A stretch of DNA of 64,000 bases from Octopus vulgaris (Eukaryota), in NCBI GenBank assembly GCA_951406725.2, contig OX597840.1, forward strand, positions 39,370,001 to 39,434,000, in the 5' to 3' direction. Position 1 is the stretch's first letter; each line of letters begins with the position of its first letter. Both the position numbers and the translations under genes were made by a program. The notes beneath the pieces are model-generated. The model ran no database searches. It was not told where the DNA came from and worked only from the letters and a program-made list of their open reading frames with translations. Shown piece after piece: positions 59,292-64,000 of the stretch.

Positions 59292-59341
<50 letters not shown>

Positions 59342-59358
59342 TAGAGCACACATATTGT

Positions 59359-59403
59359 CACACGCTGATGACGGGTCAATACCCAGAAACTCGAGTCCGT
59401 GTG
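59359..59403 (+). ncRNA. Type-I minimal hammerhead ribozyme motif, canonical core (family 1)
   Basis: CACACG-CTGATGA-CGGGT-CAAT-ACCCA-GAA-ACTCGAGT-C-CGTGTG: 6-bp stem I, GGGT/ACCC stem II, palindromic stem III, GUC triplet. Confidence 0.85.
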
Positions 59404-60104
59404 TATCATAGGTTGAAGATGGGAAGGATGGCTTCCCTTTGCAAATAGTGATGGGGCACAAATAGTGTGTCAATAGCCAGCTGGAGAAGATGTTCTCCTG
59501 GGGCTACAAGCTACAGTAGCATCCACCCTTAGTGGTTAGCCACATTTAAGTGGCAAATATACTTCACATTGTTGTGCAGCTACTGTTTATACCTCGTTCA
59601 GATATTTATTATTGCTCATATATATATGTATGTATGAACTTATTATGCATTATCTTTTATGTGTTGCAGTCATTGGACTGCGGCCATGCTGGGTTACTGC
59701 GCTGACAGGTTTGAGACGAACGAATTTTAGTTGAATCTGGTATTTGATTCTTTTGAAGCATTGTACTTATACTATCGACCAGTTTTGCCGAACCCCTAAC
59801 TTATGGGGACATACACATAACAGGTGTTTTAAGGCAGTGGCGGAGGAAAAGAGAAACAGAAACACACAAACGCACGTGCTCACACACGTACACACATACA
59901 CACACATATATGCACACACACACACACACACATATATATACGACTGGATTCTTTCAGTTTCCTCCCATAAATTCGCTCAAAAATGCCTTAGTTTGCCCAG
60001 GGATATAGTTAATTAAACTCGTCCCAGGCGCCACGGACAAAGATTGAACCAGAAACTGCGTTGTTGGCGAGCATTCTTCTTAGCAGAGAAACGCCTACAT
60101 GAAT

Positions 60105-60168
<64 letters not shown>

Positions 60169-60500
60169 TTGTAGATATGTATTTATGAATATTTGCATGG
60201 ATTTATATATCTACGTCTGTATATGTTTCTGTATATATATATATATATGTTTGTATATTTTGGTTGATGTAAATAGATTTATCTAGAATTTTCTTCAATT
60301 TGTTCACTTGCTTGTAAACCTACATTAGGCTTCCCTTTCTTTGTGCTGATATATATTGAATATTTCAGAAACATGTGCACTAGGAGTTTAAAATTAAAAG
60401 CCTATATATATATATATGTATATGTACGTATTCACAAGCATCTAAATATTGATGTACACAGGCATTTATCTACATTGCAACATAAACATATCTACTTAAG

Positions 60501-60639
<139 letters not shown>

Positions 60640-61270
60640 GTCTATATTCGTCCATATATGCATAAATATATATGTGTATGTATATTGCATATTGAATGAG
60701 TAATAATGGTGTACCCTTTGAGGAAGTTAATAATTCCAAGAGTCGCAGAAAGGAAAAAAAAATGTAAGGTAACAAGCTCGAAGAATATTCTGACAGGTGT
60801 TAAACGAAGGAAATGGACTAACTCGGTGTATTAATATTTGATATATGCCAGGAAATTTGCACATCTTCAATCCAACTTTTCCAGGTCTCTTTTGGCACAA
60901 TAGCGGTATGCACAGGCGTGTGTTTGTGTGTGTGTGAGTGCGTTGTATGTGTGCGTGTGTGTGTGTGATTGTAGGAACGTGAGTGTATATGCGTGCAGGT
61001 GCATTTTACGCATGTTTAAGAAAAGGGAAACGAAAGAGAAAGAAAGAGAGAGAGAGGGGGAGAATGAGAGAGAGAAAAGGGGACAATATTCTATATTGAA
61101 AGATATTTATTGGAAGTAGTAAGTGACTGCTCCATGTATACAAATATTAAGTTTATTTAGAATTGAAGATTTTCATCTACATCACATTTTGTATACGCTT
61201 CTCGAATTGCGGATGTATTCCAAAATTATCTATATATGTAGATATATATATATATATATATATACATATC

Positions 61271-61306
<36 letters not shown>

Positions 61307-61527
61307 TAGATAGATATAGGTATAGATATATAGATATATATATATATAAATTAATAAATATATATATGCATAGTGTGTGTGTATGTGGTGGCGCGCATGT
61401 ATTTGCGTGTGCAATATGTGTGTTACTGTATGTGTGCGTTTACCTGCGTGCGTTCGTGTGTGTGCTTATATATATACATGTCTTTATTTACACCTACCTG
61501 TCTAAGATTATGCATGTAACTCCATAT

Positions 61528-62325
61528 ATACAGGTGCGATGGGTAAATTGCCACCGTTCTATGTTTTTAATTTTGTGCATGCGTATTGAGGGGTTTCAAT
61601 TTGGCCCCGTCTTCGATAAAAACAGCACCATGATGCAATATCCGCACCCACAAATTAGGAAACGACATGCGCTACTGCTTCGGAATTGTACCGTGAACCC
61701 CAATACAAACATTTCAGAGAAACTGGGTATCTATTTGAGGGCGTGTACCGAGAGCAATACAAATCAAACATCCAGAAAACATCATGGTGTTTGGAGTGAT
61801 CACTAGTGATGGTCACGTTATGCGTCCATTCCAATTCTAACACGGCCTCAGGTTCAACATGGAGGTCTACATCATGTGCCTGAAGGAGTTAGTGCTGGCT
61901 TGGATCAAGAGGGTGGCTGCTGGAAGATCCTATGCTTGGCGACAGGAATCTGCACCATGCCACACAAGTAGGAGAACCCAGTCATGGCTATCAGACAAAT
62001 TCTGCGATCACATCATCCCTAACATCTGGCCACCTTACTCTCCAGGCTGAAACTTCCTTGATTATGATGCGTGCAACGTAGTTGAGTGACAGATCAACAA
62101 ATCTCCTTGTGACACCAAATGAGAAGTGAAGGCTAGGAATATGGCAGCATTCACCAAATTAAACAAGAAACCCGTGCAGGAGCGTTTCAGGTAATTTTAA
62201 AAACGTCTGGAGGTCGTGGTTGAAGTCAATGGCAATTTTCCTCGAATAGATTTACTCTCTAGTATTTCAAGTTATTTTCACTTTTGCTTACTTTAGACTA
62301 CAGTTTATTCAGCGAGCTTCTGTGT
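61528..62325 (+). mobile_element. Internally deleted Tc1/mariner-superfamily element, same family as 18555-19430
   Basis: KHPENIMVFGVITSD, WIKRVAAGRSYAWRQESAPCHTSRRTQSWL..IWPPYSP; starts TACAGG after TA and ends with a degenerate inverted terminus. Confidence 0.85.
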
Positions 62326-62362
62326 ATACACACACACACACACTCACACATTTATATACATA

Positions 62363-62426
<64 letters not shown>

Positions 62427-62933
62427 TATAAGTGTATATAAAATAATAATTATTTTTATATTCAAAAAGCACACAAAAACCGTTAGATTGACTTCAAAAT
62501 ACACATGCGTACATACTCTCATACGTACATACATATTCATACATATATATATATGGGCAGTTGTCTGTTCGTCTTCGCTACGTAAGGTTGGTAGTTTATT
62601 TATGATGTGTTCAGAATCAGTTCTGCTGAGGATCATAAGACGTAAGTTGAATGTGAAATCACGGTGATACAGAACTAAATTCATTTTTTAAATGTCTTGC
62701 TTTGAAAAACTGCATTTAGGTATGATTAGTATAATTTTGGTAGTAATGACTTTGTCCCTCTTAGTGTGAGGCATTTATGTGTAATAATGCCCTCTATACA
62801 ATATAGATATAATTAATTTGTTCAAAAGAAAAAAATAATTTTCGAATTCTTTTCTTTTATGAGGTTTTCACGCTAACTACCCGATAATTTCTTGTTAAGA
62901 TCCCTTATTAAGAGGTTATCCTTAATTGTTAAA

Positions 62934-62971
<38 letters not shown>

Positions 62972-63704
62972 CTCACTGTTACTTTCTCAGATGCAGCACA
63001 GACATTTGTCAGTGAATACGTTGAGGTTTCAAAGTGACGAAAATATTTTGACAAATTAAATTAACATGTTGAAGTGAATCTAACGGGTTCTGTGTGTTTT
63101 TTTAAATTATATCAAAGAGCACACGCATTAATGAATATATCAGGGATGTTCTTACTAAGTTCAGTGAAGCTCATTGATGGCAAATCTTGTTTATAACCTG
63201 TCAGTCATTCAGCCTTATCGAAGTACAGCTAGACATATATTACTGAAGAGAACTGGTTTTGTTATGGCTTCACCAAATAGGAGTTAAACTATTATATATC
63301 AGCCAAATCTCGAGAATCTGTGCCACACACACACACACTTATTTTACTTTCTATGTTCTTCTACTAAACATTTGCTCCGAAGTTAATTCCATTGTATATT
63401 ACACAGAGATGTATATATATTGAAATTATATGAAGCCAGAGTGAAGAACCAGATGTAGATGTTTTAAAACAACTTACAGATGCTTCAAGTTAAAAGTTCC
63501 GCATACAGGATGCGAGCAAGTTTTGGGGGTCCTCAGAAGACAATGCGTGCCGTTTCGGGACCTACCTCACGACGGCATCATTGTGCACCGGCCCTCCTAA
63601 CTGCAATAAGGACTCGCTTGCTAAATTAGCTGGTTGTTAAGTTTTCGATCAATACGCTTCTAGCCATTGATCATGGTCTCTTTTTAAGCAAATATAGCTA
63701 AAAA

Positions 63705-63925
63705 TAATCTTTTCTACTCGAGGAAGAAGGACTGACATTTTTGAAGAGGTAGAGTAATCGATTTTACCGTTGCGAGTACTTGATTGGCACTGATTCTTTT
63801 TTTTTTACATGGAAATGATGAAAGGTAAATCCGACGTCGGGGGAATTTGAACCCAGAACGTAAAGCCGGAAGAAATGCCATTAAACAATTTCTCCGATGT
63901 ATCTCTCGATACTGTCAGCTCACTT
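63705..63925 (-). mobile_element. Degenerate SINE-B, tail type 2
   Basis: GATGAAAGGTAAAT..GGAATTTGAACCCAGAACGTAAAG. Confidence 0.7.
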
Positions 63926-64000
63926 CCTAAATAAAGCTACCACTATACAGTACGAAGATATTGGTTTAAAAAGAATTTTGGTTTGAAAAAATGTCGAAGG

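Overview
AT-rich eukaryotic intergenic or intronic DNA, very likely from an octopus (coleoid cephalopod), inferred from the SINE repertoire and extreme microsatellite load. No host protein-coding gene, tRNA or rRNA gene is recognisable; almost all predicted ORFs are translations of (TA)n, (GATA)n, (CA)n or (TAA)n tracts. The window contains: (1) three tRNA-headed SINE families, here called A, B and C; (2) a 5'-truncated but uninterrupted R4/Dong-clade non-LTR retrotransposon inside a (TAA)n array; (3) Tx1/L1-like 3' ends abutting (GATA)n; (4) CR1-like LINE fragments; (5) decayed Tc1/mariner transposases and Penelope-like (PLE) remnants. The main finding is a set of at least seven different short units, nearly all adjoining (TA)n, that each carry a type-I minimal hammerhead ribozyme fold. 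Three families have non-canonical cores (A6U, U4C, U3-A8), and one fold-back copy has its apex at the predicted cleavage site. A second finding is that SINE bodies swap 3' tails at a shared GTCGA-N5-TCGAC box, and two tails match LINE ends in the same window. Repeat boundaries were read by eye and are approximate (about 10-20 nt); ribozyme activity is untested.
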